A stretch of DNA of 63,754 nt, filler included, from Ministeria vibrans ATCC 50519 (lineage: Eukaryota; Protista; Filasterea): assembly GCA_943704425.1 (NCBI GenBank). It is 9 parts of 9 records of this genome, joined end to end, with 100 filler letters (N's around TTAATTAATTAA, not from the genome) between each part and the next. Parts side by side here need not be neighbours in the genome. Positions count along the whole stretch, not along the records: positions 1 to 17,283 come from CALSCP010002647.1; 8 more parts are not named here. One strand, given 5' to 3'. The notes below the pieces were generated by a model. It was not told the origin of the DNA. It saw nothing but the letters and a program-made list of their open reading frames with translations, and ran no database searches. The position numbers and the translations under genes were made by a program. Shown piece by piece: positions 1 through 12,324 of this stretch (positions within the stretch are counted from its first letter, which is position 1; the number at the start of each line of letters is the position of its first letter).

Positions 1-152
1 TCGATGCTGGGTACGATTGGGAAGATAGTGGAGAAGTTCAAATGTCGTTTCAGTGGAGAGTCTTATGACCATTATGCGTCGCACTCGGGGGGGCACAGCG
101 CACCACACACCGGTGGCATGGCGTGTGCGGGGTGCGAGGGAGCGGTGATGGT

Positions 153-186
<34 letters not shown>

Positions 187-474
187 CGAGAGAGAGACAG
201 TCCGATCGAAACGATTGTTCTTTAAACTCCTGTCCACTCACCTGATAATGCTCGGGGGATCTAAGGGTGCCTATGCGGACGGGAACGATCAAATAGCAAA
301 AATAATTTATATTATATTTTAGATTTTACTATTTAGATTTTACTTTAATACTTTTTATATTCAATATTAATTTGAGATTGAGATATGTGTCAATATTGTG
401 TGTGAATTGAAATCACACAATTTTCAAAGTCTCATCATTGTTCCAAACAAGTAAACATAAAACAAGTTGTACAA

Positions 475-2534
475 TCATCGACCTCGGCCGCGTCCACCCC
501 TGCCGCCGCCACGTCCACCACCACTACCACGCCCCCTTCCCCCGCCACGACCACCACCACCACCACCACCGCGTCCGCCACCACTTGACCCGTGTCGCTT
601 AGGGGCCGCATCAAGAGCGTCTCCGTCGTCGTCGTCGTCGCCACCCCTGCCGCGTTTCCGACCCCCTCGAGAGTCGGTAAATTCGCGCAATTCCTGCAAA
701 ATACACAAGCCAAGAGGGTGAGTTCACAAAAAAGGCAACAAAAAATAAAACGCAAAGTTGAGCATACGCGTTGGGCATGGCGCTGCGCTTCTTCAACGCG
801 CTCACGCAAGACCATTGCTTCGGCTTCGTTGACTGGGAACTCGGGCATTTTGAGGCCGATGAGTCCCTCAATACGTTGGAAGAGCTCCTAGAGAGAGAAC
901 ACAGTTGTCAAATAAAATGAGCGCCAAAAGACAGAGAGGCAAGACGAAAGTGGGAAGGGGGCGATTCGTACGACGTCGTATTGGCTCAGGATGGTGACAG
1001 AGATGCCGGCACGACCCGCTCGAGCTGTGCGTCCTACACGGTGGATGTAGTCCTTGCTGTGGTTGGGCACGCTGTAGTTGACGACCACGTCGACATGCGG
1101 AATGTCCAGTCCACTGTGCACGGAAGCAAAAGAACAGGCAAAAATAGAATGAGTGGGGGAGGGGGTGGATGGCAAGTGAGGAGCGTGCACTGTTGCGTAC
1201 CGACTGGCAACATCCGTTGCAATGAGAATCGACCGTTGCTGGTCTTTGAACTTGTTGAGCGCGCCCAATCGCTTAGGCTGTGTCATCTGGCCGTGCAGAG
1301 GAATAGCAGACATACCCAGATTGCGCAGCAAATACGCGAGTCTGTGCAGCAGCAAATTGAGAATCATAGAGAAAGAAAAGAGCGACAGTGAGAGGAGGAA
1401 GAAGCACAAGTGGGGTGTGATAGAGTACCGCTGAGCTTCTTTGCAGAGATTGACAAAAATGATAGTGCTCTTGTTGGCGAGTTCTTCGTCGATAAGCAGA
1501 TGGGCAAGGTAAAGATCCTTGTACACGGCCGGCTTGAACACGTACGTCTGCTTCAGCGTCTTCACCGTCCCGTACTTGCTGCTCACTTCCACCTTGGCTG
1601 GGTTCCGCAACGACGCCCGCTGAAGCTTCGCCACCTAAATTACCATCCATAATGCACAGGTGTCATTGTTGATAACACGCAAGGCGACCAGAAATAGAAA
1701 GTAATCAAAATATCGGACCTTGCTTGTCATGGTGGCACTGAAGAGGAAGGTGTTGCGCTCTTTGGGAATGCACTGCAGAATCTTGTTGATTTCCTCTTCA
1801 AACTCCATGTTCAACAGTCGATCGGCTTCGTCCATTACAAGATACTGCGTCGCAAGAGGATGAGCAACAAAGAAGAAGGAAGAACGCAAAGTTGGGCGCA
1901 AATGACTCACTTTGATGGCACGCAAGTGAAACCCTTTGGTGTTCTCGAGATGATCCACGATGCGGCCAGGGGTTGCCACGACAATATGAGGCTTCTTGGC
2001 AAGGGCCACCGCCTGTGACATGTTGTCGATACCGCCCACAATGGTCGCTGTGTGGCGAGAAGGAGGCGTGTGAAAAGAAGCCGGCACACTGATGGCCGAG
2101 CGAATTGTGACATACCACACTTGAGGTTGATGGAGGCCCCGAGCGCTTCAAACTGCTGGCTGATTTGCATCGCCAACTCTCGAGTGGGCGAAAGGACAAG
2201 GGCGTAGAGAGGATGGATCTTGTCGGAGCACAGGAGAGACTGGAAAGAGAGAAGGAAAGAGAGAAGGAAAGGTGAGTGGTGCACCGACGGTCTTCCGTCT
2301 GCTCTTCGCTGGCCCTACGTTGAGAATGGGCAGAACGAACGCAGCCGTTTTGCCACTGCCAGTCTCTGCAAGTCCAATGAGGTCGCGGCCCTGGAGGCCA
2401 AGCGGAATGGCTTCGCTCTGGATGCGCGTGGGTGTCTTGAAGCCAACCGCTTCGCACGCGTCGCACAGCGGCTTGCACAATCCCAACGACTCAAACGTCG
2501 TCGTCACCTCTTGTTCGTCAGGGATATCAGTCAT
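475..2534 (-). CDS. DDX47: DEAD-box rRNA-processing helicase DDX47/RRP3 (multi-exon)
   Basis: Spliced exons give the Q-motif (GFKTPTRIQ), [54 protein letters not shown] and [13 protein letters not shown], ending in an RGG-rich tail. Confidence 0.93.
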
Positions 2535-2662
2535 AGAGAGAAAGGGGAAAAAAAGAGGAGGGTGGCGAGACTACTACGAAAGAAATCAAATGAACTTGAG
2601 AGTTGAGATTTTCACTTTTTACTTTTCAATTTTCACATCATTAATTTTTATTCACTTCATAC

Positions 2663-3705
2663 ATGGCTCGTACGAAACAAACCGCGCGAAAGTCCACAGG
2701 TACTTGGTGTGTCATTCTTGCGTCTCTCTCTGCCCCTTTTTTTTCTTTTCTTTCTTTTCGCTTTTGACGTTATGCAAGCACGAACTTGCCTTGACGCCAT
2801 CTGGTGTGGGGCGTGACTGCACGGGGGGCTTTTGCACACTCTCGGCGGTGACTTTGTGGCAGCGTGCGTTGCGAGGGGACTGAGGGGAGCAGTGAATGAG
2901 CAATGCGAAAACGGTTGTTGGAACGGAGTTGCTCGTTGCGGGAGAATGGCGCGAAGGGCGTGTTGGAGCGGGGTGTGGGGGGGGTTCCCTGCCTGCCCGG
3001 GACATGTGGGGCGCCCCAGCTGCGTCCGTTGCTGCTGTTGGGCAATTCCAACGCACTTTGACACTTTTGACTTTTCTCGGCGACCGAGACGTCCACCTGC
3101 CACACACTGCGTTGGCACTGCAATCGCCATTCGTTGCAGCGAAACACCACTAGACTGCACATGGGCAGATTTTCCATTTTCGAGCAAATGCTCTTTCTCA
3201 AGTTGTGCCTTGACACGTCGCACCTGCTCGCGCTCCGCCACCGCCTCGGANNNNNNNNNNTTTTTTTTTTTTTTTTTTTCTACTTTTCGTTCTTTTTCGT
3301 TTTTGTGAAACCTCTTTCCTGTGTCTCGTGTGTAGGAGGAAAGGCGCCGCGAAAGCAGCTGGCTACCAAGGCTGCACGCAAGTCTGCGCCGAACCAGGCG
3401 GGTGTCAAGAAGCCTCGTAAGTCAATTTAGAGCGAACGCTCAACGACCTTTTCAATGTTGGCGGTCGACCTTCATGTTTCGCAAGAGCCCTGAGAGAAAC
3501 GCTGGAGGGCGGTGAGAGAGGGAGAGAGAGGAGTCAGTGTGTGTGTGTGTGTGTGTGTGTATTCCAGACAGATGGAGAGGGAGGGGAGTAGGAGAGAAAG
3601 GAGAGAGANNNNNNNNNNNNNNNNNNNNNNNNNNNNNNNNNNNNNNNNNNNNNNNNNNNNNNNNNNNNNNNNNNNNNNNNNNNNNNNNNNNNNNNNNNNN
3701 NNNNN

Positions 3706-3757
<52 letters not shown>

Positions 3758-4200
3758 AACACACGTTGAGAAAGTGAGACGCAGAACAGTTTTTTAACAC
3801 TTTATGTATCTCAGATCGATACCGCCCTGGCACAGTTGCTCTGCGTGAGATTCGACGATACCAAAAGAGCACCGAGCTGCTCATCCGCAAGCTGCCCTTC
3901 CAGCGTCTCGTCCGTGAGATCGCTCAGGATTTCAAGACAGACTTGCGATTTCAGTCTGCAGCAGTCGCTGGTATGCCATTACTTTGTACAGTGCATGTAT
4001 TTATGCCAATGCTAACGCTGCCCCCCCTTTTTGTTTGTTGTTGTCTTGCTGTTTTCTCTGCAGCATTGCAAGAAGCGGCCGAGGCGTACCTGGTGGGCTT
4101 GTTTGAGGACACCAACCTGTGCGCCATCCACGCGCGCCGTGTCACGATCATGCCAAAGGACATCCAGCTTGCACGTCGCATCCGCGGCGAGCGCGCTTAA
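2663..4200 (+). CDS. H3: Histone H3, intron-containing variant (4 exons: 2663-2699, 3336-~3416, ~3815-3970, ~4063-4200)
   Basis: [13 protein letters not shown]|[26 protein letters not shown]|[52 protein letters not shown]|[45 protein letters not shown]. Confidence 0.97.
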
Positions 4201-4255
4201 GTCGCTTCAATAAACAACCTTCCCCCAAACCCAACGTGCCTCCTTCGGAAGCACA

Positions 4256-4287
<32 letters not shown>

Positions 4288-4340
4288 AAAGAGTAGAGAA
4301 AGAAAGGAAATGTAGAAAGAAGAGAGTGTTTTCATACAAA

Positions 4341-6468
4341 CTATAGACCGCCATAAAAGCCCCCTGCACCACTGGAGGGTTTGCCCTTGCCTTTGCCTTT
4401 GCGCGTCCATGCTGGCGCTGGCGCACTCGACGGCCCCGCTCCACCGTCATCATCATCGTCATCATCATCGTCGTCGTCACTGTCACTCTCCGACTCGTCC
4501 AAATCCATCTCCTCATACTCATCATCGTCATCATCGTCATCATCATCATCATCGTCGTCGTCGTCGTCATTTCTCGCTGTGTCGTGCCGTGCAGCCCCTC
4601 CACCATGCCCTGCCGTCTTCCAGTGTTGCTGCAGTGCCTCTGCCAGCACTGGGTTGAACATGTTCCCTTCACTTTCTCCCTCCCCCTCCTCCCCTTCCTC
4701 CGCCTCTTCGTCGTCAAAGAAATCATCAATCGCCCAGAACCGTACCGAACTGTCGTGCGAACAGCTTGCCACAAAGCGCTGGTCGTGGCTCATGGCCATG
4801 CGCTCAATAGGAAAGCCTTCATCGTGCTCGCCCAACACTCCCAACAGCTGGTTGGGCAACACATTGCAAACCCTTCAATGGCAAACGCAACAGTGAGGTA
4901 ATAAAGAGTGTTTATGTCTCGGTTCGCATCAACATACCGAATAAGCCCGTCGTGGCAGCCTGTCGCCACAATCGACTCCGTAATCTTCACCATGGAGTCC
5001 ACCGACGACGGATTGCCAATGAGGCGGTCATTCTGATCGCCAAACTCGTCCCAGTTGAAAATGAGAAGTGCGCCACTCTGCGACCCACACACAACCTTCT
5101 TGCCACGGTGCATCAGCGCCACCGACAGCAGCTCGTCCTCCTGATGGTCCGACCGCACCAGCAGTTTCCTTTGGCGCAGATCAAACACCGACAGTGTCCC
5201 GTCACCGCTCGCCGCCAGCAACGTCTTGTGTTCGCGTGCACAAAAATCCGAAATGTAATCCTCGTTGTCGTCAAAGGTCGCAATCATACGCGTTTGTCTC
5301 GTGTCCCACAGCTGTGCCAAACGCACGTCAGCACCTCAACTCTTTTCCCCTTTCATATCTATCCTACCTTGACCACACCACGGTCGTCGCCCGAGGCCAA
5401 TAGAGTGTCGCTTACTCGCAATAGCGTGTTAATGGGATCGCTGAGAAGAGCATGATAAGTGAGACAAGCAAAAATAAAAAAGTTCTCTCTCGCTCACTCT
5501 TACTCGTGTGCTTTGGGAAGACGAAACCCGACGACTCCCGATTCGACGTCGACAACCTGAAGACTTTTATTTGCATTGCCACAAAAGAGAGCTGTGCAGA
5601 GAGAGAAAATGAGGAGTGGTGCACTGCAATGTCCGCACACCACAAGTACAACAGTACGCACAAAGACACACACCGCAAAGCACAAAGATGTACACCACAC
5701 ATATACAACACTGCACAAAAACACAAAGACGTACACCACACATATACAACACTGCACAAAAACACAAAGACGTACACCACACATATACAACACTGCACAA
5801 AGACGCACAACACCACACTCTCACAAAGACACACACCACAAAGCACAAAGACATACACCACACATACAACACTGCACAAAGACGCACAACACCACACTCT
5901 CACAAAGACACACACCACAAAGCACAAAGACGTACACCACACATACAACACTGCACAAAGACGCACAGCACCACACTCTCACAAAGACACACAAAGCACA
6001 AAGACGTACACCACACATATACAACACTGCACAAAGACGCACAACACCACACTCTCACAAAAACACACAAAGCACAAAGACGTACACCACACATACATCA
6101 CTGCACAAAGGACGCACATCTCACAAACACACACACACACACACCTTTGCCATCCAACGAGAACTGCGCCGCTCGACACGCACGTTTCTGCAGTTGAATA
6201 GAATACTGAAGCTGTGGCGGCTGTGCGGCGGCATAGGAATAGCTGTAGAAGGAGAGAGAGGGCGCAAGAGGGTTCGTTTTCGAAGTTGTGCGTCGGGTGT
6301 CTTACACGCAGACTTCGCCGCTGATAAGGCCGGTGGCGATAATGTCTCGCTCCGGATGGAAGGCTAGCGCAAACGGCACCGAGCTCACTACGATGGGGGC
6401 GGGCGGTTCGAGTTCCTACAGCACAACAGGACATGAGGAGAACGCAAGAGAGTGAGCGGTACCGTCAT
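4341..6468 (-). CDS. WDR55: WD40-repeat protein WDR55/JIP5 (multi-exon, acidic C-terminal tail)
   Basis: Exons read LAFHPERDIIATG, FSLDGK|ALFCGNANKSLQVVDVESG, WDTRQ...EDYISDF...LLAASGDGTLSVFDLR...SDHQEDELLS...GKKVVCGSQSG, VASCSHDSSVRFW, and a terminal GGFYGGL. Confidence 0.85.
5655..6143. repeat. CA-rich ~41-bp minisatellite inside a WDR55 intron
   Basis: Tandem variants of cacaaagacgtacaccacacatatacaacactgcacaaa. The flanking WDR55 exons join in frame across it. Confidence 0.85.
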
Positions 6469-6731
6469 AGCGCAAAGGCGGGCAGGGGCGGCCGCGAAGA
6501 GGGTTCACGCTTCAAAGTATGGCGACTGAGTGCCAGAAGAGAAGGAAGTGAGTGAGTGGAATGTGAATGACCAAGTAAGAATGACTTCTCCTTCTCAATT
6601 TCAATTTTCACTTCAGAAAAATAATAATCATCACTTTTTTCTTATTCTTTCTTGCTCGCTGTAGTGATATCGGGCTTGCATATCATTAAGACTCAACATC
6701 CAAGCCGCTTATTAATTAGCATTATCAGTGG

Positions 6732-8007
6732 ATGACTGGCGTTGTAGTGGAAGAAATAGTGTTTTTGGGCACAGGAACGAGTTCGCAAGTGCCAACGGTG
6801 CACTGCCTGACAGCCGATCGGCCGTCATGCACGACATGCGTGCGCTCAATGCAGCCGGGCGATCGCAACAGACGCCGCAACACGTCCCTTGCGCTGAGAA
6901 TACGGCCGGATCATGGTGCTGGTGAGTGCGACGGAAGCGTCAAGGGGACTCGGCGTGACCCGTTGCTGTGTGCTTGCTGTAGACCGCCTGTCGACCATCC
7001 TCATTGACTGTGGCAAGTCCTTTTACGAAGCCGCCATTGCAGTCTTCCCCGAGTGCAAAATACGCTCAATCGAGGGCATTATTTTGACACGTAAGGACAA
7101 TTGCCATAATATACATTAACAACACAAAAATAATTGTTAACCTACTCTCTCTCTTGCAATAGACGAACATGCGTACGCGGCAAGTGGGAACACTCGTACT
7201 AATTAATCTAATTAATATGAGGTACTTTTTTTTATAGAGACGCAGTTTTAGGACTGGATGACCTACGAGACTTTACACTCCATGGACAGGTTCAGGTACG
7301 CTCATGAGTATATTATTCGTATTCAAAGGCCAAGATTGTGATTATGATTCTTATGACGATTGCCAATTTGCCATAGAGTCACATTGATGTTTACCTCACA
7401 AAAACAACCCAAAAAACGGTGCAAGCAACCTTCCCGTATCTGGTCGATGCGTCTCTCTCCACCGGCAGTGGACTGGTGTCCGATCTGCGTTTTCACGTCT
7501 TCGATGAGCACACGCCACTCACTGTCGCCAATCTCGAATTGCTCCCTTTGCCCGTCCCGCACGGTCGAGGCTGCACAAACTTGGGGTTTCGGTTCCAGAA
7601 CGTTGCTTACATTGCCGATTGCGAAGCAGTGCCCGACGATATTGTTGAAAAGGTAGGCGAAATAGGACCAAACCACCGCCTGACACTGGCACCTCATCTT
7701 GTAGATCAAAAACATAGATTTGCTCATTCTAGACTCGCTCAAATTTGAAGCGGACGTCAAGTCGCACTTGTCGTATGGCCAGTCACTCGATGTGGCGAAA
7801 CGCGTCAAGGCAAAGCGGACACTCTTTACAGGAATGTGTCACCTAATGGAGCACTACGCAACGAACGAACGCCTGCGTGAGCACGAAAAGGCAACTGGCC
7901 AATGGATTCGTCTTGCGCACGACGGACAACGAGTTCGCCTTGCCGATGTGGTCTCTGGCGCGGGCGATGCCTTGGGACGCGCGGGAGACACCAATGATCA
8001 AGACTAA
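6732..8007 (+). CDS. Metallo-beta-lactamase-fold hydrolase, PhnP-like (multi-exon, includes a 10-nt exon at ~7163-7172)
   Basis: IVFLGTGTSSQVP, NRRRNTSL and ILIDCGKSFY; the spliced motif LT|HEHA|DAVLGLDDLR; then LPVPHG, AYIADC, SHLSY and TGMCH. Confidence 0.88.
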
Positions 8008-9007
8008 TAATAATAATAAATTTATTCTGAGTAACATCATAAACTTTGTTGTCGGGTTGTTTCACACGTTGGCATTATGTGCGAGTGGTGCCTGATGTGT
8101 GTGTAGCGTAATTTTTATTGGTCTATTTTTAAAGCTTATTGTTACAGAGAGGCTAAACTCTTATTGCATATCTTGCCTTCAAAGATTTTATCTCATTTGT
8201 CCTTGTTGGGGATGGTGGCTCAAATTTGATTTGTGATTACTTTTCCGTTCGCCAGTTTGGCAACCTTAATCAAATTCAATTGTAGGGCAAAGGAAGGGCA
8301 AAGTCACAATTCGCAAAGTATAATAATTATAATTGAATGGAGGTCATACTCAGGAACCACCGCACATCCGTTTTATCGTCTGTGGCGGGCAAACTGTGGC
8401 CCTGTCAAAGTCGAAGAAGCCAGCGAGGTCACTCTCTGTCTGTTTTCTCTTCGTCAATTTCTGNNNNNNCAGGAACCACCGCACATCCGTTTTATCGTCT
8501 GTGGCGGGCAAACTGTGGCCCTGTCAAAGTCGAAGAAGCCAGCGAGGTCACTCTCTGTCTGTTTTCTCTTCGTCAATTTCTGGACATATATATTTTATAA
8601 TAATTATTATTATTATTAATTATTAATATTTTATTCTGTCTTTCATCTGTCTTTTCTTTGGCTCAATTGTCGTTCGTTTGTCGTTCAAACGAAACTTCTA
8701 AGGCATCATGAAAGCAGAGAAAGTCAGTCTGACAGACACAGGCACGAATCACTATCTAGTGAAGTACTGGTACGCCACAATGACCAACGTAAGAAAGATA
8801 TGGAGGAAAGCGTTTAATGAAGTTATACTGAAGTTATACTGATGAATTCATTCGAAACAACTTCGAAACCCCCATCAGCTTCTTCGTTAGCCTCTCAAAG
8901 AGTCGGGGTCGCAATTGCAGCCATACACGCCGCCATACAGGTCCCTTGAGCCGCAGAGCACACTACATCAAACGTCTATAACTTGAAACCTTTCCGTAGT
9001 CAGTCAC

Positions 9008-9841
9008 TTACGTGCGGGTGCACTCGTCCACCAAGCGATCCAGCCAGACCTGTTTTAGCGTCCAGGCCTCGTGCTGTGGCCCCTGGTTGCTCAGTTTCAG
9101 GATCACCTTGAGGCTGTGTGCCAGCGTGCCGACACCATCGTCAGTGATGGAGTTCGGGTTGAAGGGGCCCTGTTGGCGCATGTCGAGGATACCCTCTGTG
9201 AAGCCAAGCAGAGAGAGCAGTTGTTTGATGGACGTGACAATCTCGTGTAGGTGCTGTCCGCCGTCCACGGATAGGTCAACTCGCGCACAATGCCCTTCAA
9301 GCTGCTCTGGGCTCTGAATCATTGCGAGAAAGTGGTCGAGGTGCTCGTATTTGCGGCCGCCCCAGTGCTTGATGAACTCGTTTGTTGGCTCGGCGATAAG
9401 ATAAAACTGCGAGCGCAACAACATCTGAGCCCTCTGCCTGCGGTCGACCTCGTCGGCGTTTCCGCGCTCGATACGCCTGCGGACACCGTCTGGATCCTCG
9501 CTCTTGTGTGTCGCCGCCAGCTGCGCCACGTCCACCATGTAGTGCTCTTGTTCTCCGGCGCGCACGTACAGTGCCCATAGTGCATTGGCCGACTCGCTCT
9601 TGATGCCGCTGGAGCCGTAGACCACTCGGAAGCCGGTCCAGGCGAGCTGTGCAACCAACAGTGGACGGAAACGGTTCTTTGCCGCGTAAGTCTCGGCCAT
9701 GTTGTACACGATCGCGGTGGCGAGAGGGGCCAGCTCGGGGAGTGTCAGCTGGATTGCACCTGTAGCATTGAGTTGGGGTCGCTGTACCGGCACGAGATGG
9801 TCAAATTTCAACACAACAGACACCACGAACACCACACACAC
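9008..9841 (-). pseudogene. Intronless ORF fragment, tentatively the C-terminal region of an origin-binding (UL9-like) helicase family
   Basis: The patterns YNMAETYAAKNRFRPLLVAQLAWTG and RRRIERGNADEVDRRQRAQMLLRSQFY resemble, from memory, the helical tail of giant-virus/mobile-element origin-binding proteins. No helicase motifs are visible. Confidence 0.3.
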
Positions 9842-11223
9842 TCAACTGTACAACCCATACACGTACTGTTCGGATTTATGTTTTCGCAGAAGGCGGCACA
9901 CTGAGAACTTAGAAAAGTAGTGAGCTGTGAGCAGGCCCGCCAGGCCGTTCGATCTTGAGCTCTCAGTCGCCGAGATCACCTCACTTCGCCGCTCTTGCCC
10001 ATGTATTTTTTCTATTCCTTTTGTGCCTTTTTAGCTTGGGCACTTTTCCCCATCTACCTCTTCTAAGAGAAATCAGAAAAAGTGCCCAAGCCGATTTCTC
10101 CTGATGGCAAAATTGTTGGCAAAAAACAACAAAAAACAGGCTCATGACTGACACCACTCAGTCTCTTCCTTTCCCTAGCTTGCTCAAACAGGCAGAGACA
10201 CACACGCACATTCATTCTTTGTTCAATCACACACACATGGACACTGCAATACAGAAGTGTATGCAAAATGTCTCCTGCACTCCACTTTACAAAAAAACAA
10301 CCTAACCCTAACCCATTGTGAAATCTGCAAGTGTTCGCTTCGCCGGCACCGTCTTAATGGGTATCGTGTGTGTGAGGGAAGAGGGTGGAGACTGGGTGGT
10401 GCTTGATGTGACTGTGCGTGTGCACTTGGCCGGTGGGCGCTGCGGAGTGTGTTTTCGGGTGGCGAGAGCGGTTGTGTGGTTACTGCTGTCGCCGTCGAAA
10501 GCAAACGACACGTCGGCCTTTTGAGGTGTGGAAGTAGCTTTTATGGAGGCCGGTGTGACTGAGGTGCTGGTTCTGTCGAGTGAGCGAGCAATTCGTATTC
10601 GACCCTCTCCTTTTCACGATAGTGCTCTGGTGCGGCAACAATATCCAATATCCAATGGGCGAAAGAGAGGGAGAGACATGTCAAAGGGACTCGTAGGCAC
10701 AAGCACAGGTGCCCCACGCCACCCCCATCGCAGACTGCGCGTCTGGTCGCAGACTCGCCCGCGCAAACGATACAGTGTCGCCATCACTTGCTCTGGTCGT
10801 TCTTCGTTCCCAAACACGTCCACACGAATCATGTCCTCACCCGCGTTGAGGCGCAGTCGCACCGGAGCACAACCATCCATAAGAAGTACATTGGTGCATC
10901 GCTGTGTTGCTTGGATCGCACCCCCCGCCAGACTCTCCCGCCACAGTGCCACCATAACCAAGTATCTCACCTCGAGAGATTGGGTGACCAAATGAATTCG
11001 AAGCGAAAGGCAAAGTGGAGGTCAAGAGAACTCGTTAAACTTCCTTCATTGGCGTCAGCAGGGGTTTCTCGCCAAAGAACGATGTCGCATCACCATAAGG
11101 GAGAGATCCGTCTGCGGCAAGGTCCTTGTCGGCGAGCACGGAGACAATGTCGTATCCGTTAATGCCAATCGCTGTGTTGCAAAAACAACAAAAAAACACC
11201 AAGAGAAGGCAATCATTTTCTGC

Positions 11224-12179
11224 TTATTTGATCAGTTTTCTCACGCTAAAACTGCCCGGAGATTTGCCGCCGTAACCAAGCGTTTGCAGAGGGCCTCTCT
11301 TGGCGTAGAGGTCGATGTCACCGTCTGCTGTCAGTGTAAATGGTAGTATCACTGGTTTTGAAGAAACGTATCCGTAAAGAACAAATGCGCTGGAGCTGGA
11401 GCTTAAAGCCATAGAGGCCAGAGAACTGATTCTGAAATTGGTTAAGAGGGTGTCATTTCCGCGAGGAGTCCCATCTGTCGCACTGACAAAACGAATGCAC
11501 ATTGCTGACACGCCACAATAGAACGAGAACGCCAGATGACCCCCGATGAAAAGCGGGGAAAACCCACCACTTCGAACGTAATTCGAGCTCAGAATGCTCA
11601 GAGACCCCATCGTTCCGTCTTCGTTGATAATTCGTGAAGCCAAACCTGTAGCTGGTGGCATGTATGTGTTATCGTATGTCACTGGCCACACAACAAGAGC
11701 ACTACCGTTTAAGAGCCCGAATAGTTCTCGTGTAAACCGAGTTTCCAGTAGCGCCTCGGATATATCGACAGGCTCGGGTAAAATGAGTTGTCCGGTACGT
11801 GTAATTATTTGCCCGTACACGGCACCAAAGAAAGTGTTCTCATATGTCGAAGAATCAAAGAGGTAGCCAATATCTTGGCGAGATTCACTGCCAACAACAA
11901 GAATATTGCCTGAGTTCTCGAACAAATGCGTGCGCGGATCAAATCTTGCCGTTGAAGAACGATTTGTTCTTTGAAATACTTGACTCGATAGACCAACGCG
12001 GAACCCAGTAGTGTCAACAACTTGAGCATATAGACAGCATATTTGGCATCGCCCACTGGTTCCACTCCATTCTCTGTATGCCACTGCAAGCTGCACTGAA
12101 GCAGCGTCTCCTGCTCCCGACCATACGGACACAGCGCCTTCGATCCTGTCGGTGTGAAGTACGACAGGGGCAGGGACAT
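11224..12179 (-). CDS. Hypothetical beta-strand-rich protein, head-to-head with the LRR gene
   Basis: 302-aa open frame with protein-like composition. The overlapping 5' ORF suggests an intron or frameshift. No recognisable motif. Confidence 0.45.
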
Positions 12180-12324
12180 GGGGATTGGGGGAGCCGTGGG
12201 TGGCGAATTGAAGTGATCTTGGCTAGGAGGAGGTTCAGCCAGGTTGATCGAACAAAAACGACCCTTTTCAAAAGAAAACAGTCAGATTAACACCAATCTT
12301 TATCTGTTTCTTTGTCGCCAAAGC

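Noticed and set aside
5655-6143. A second microexon array in WDR55 (the minus strand shows repeated cAG-TGTT-GTat)
   Set aside because: The spacer is 4 nt and essentially invariant, and the flanking WDR55 exons already join in frame (FSLDGK|ALFCG). It is an intronic minisatellite, and the overlapping His/Thr/Cys-rich ORFs are spurious.
8351-8583. Perfect ~113-bp direct repeat
   Set aside because: The two copies are separated only by a short N gap, which is typical of a scaffolding overlap artefact.
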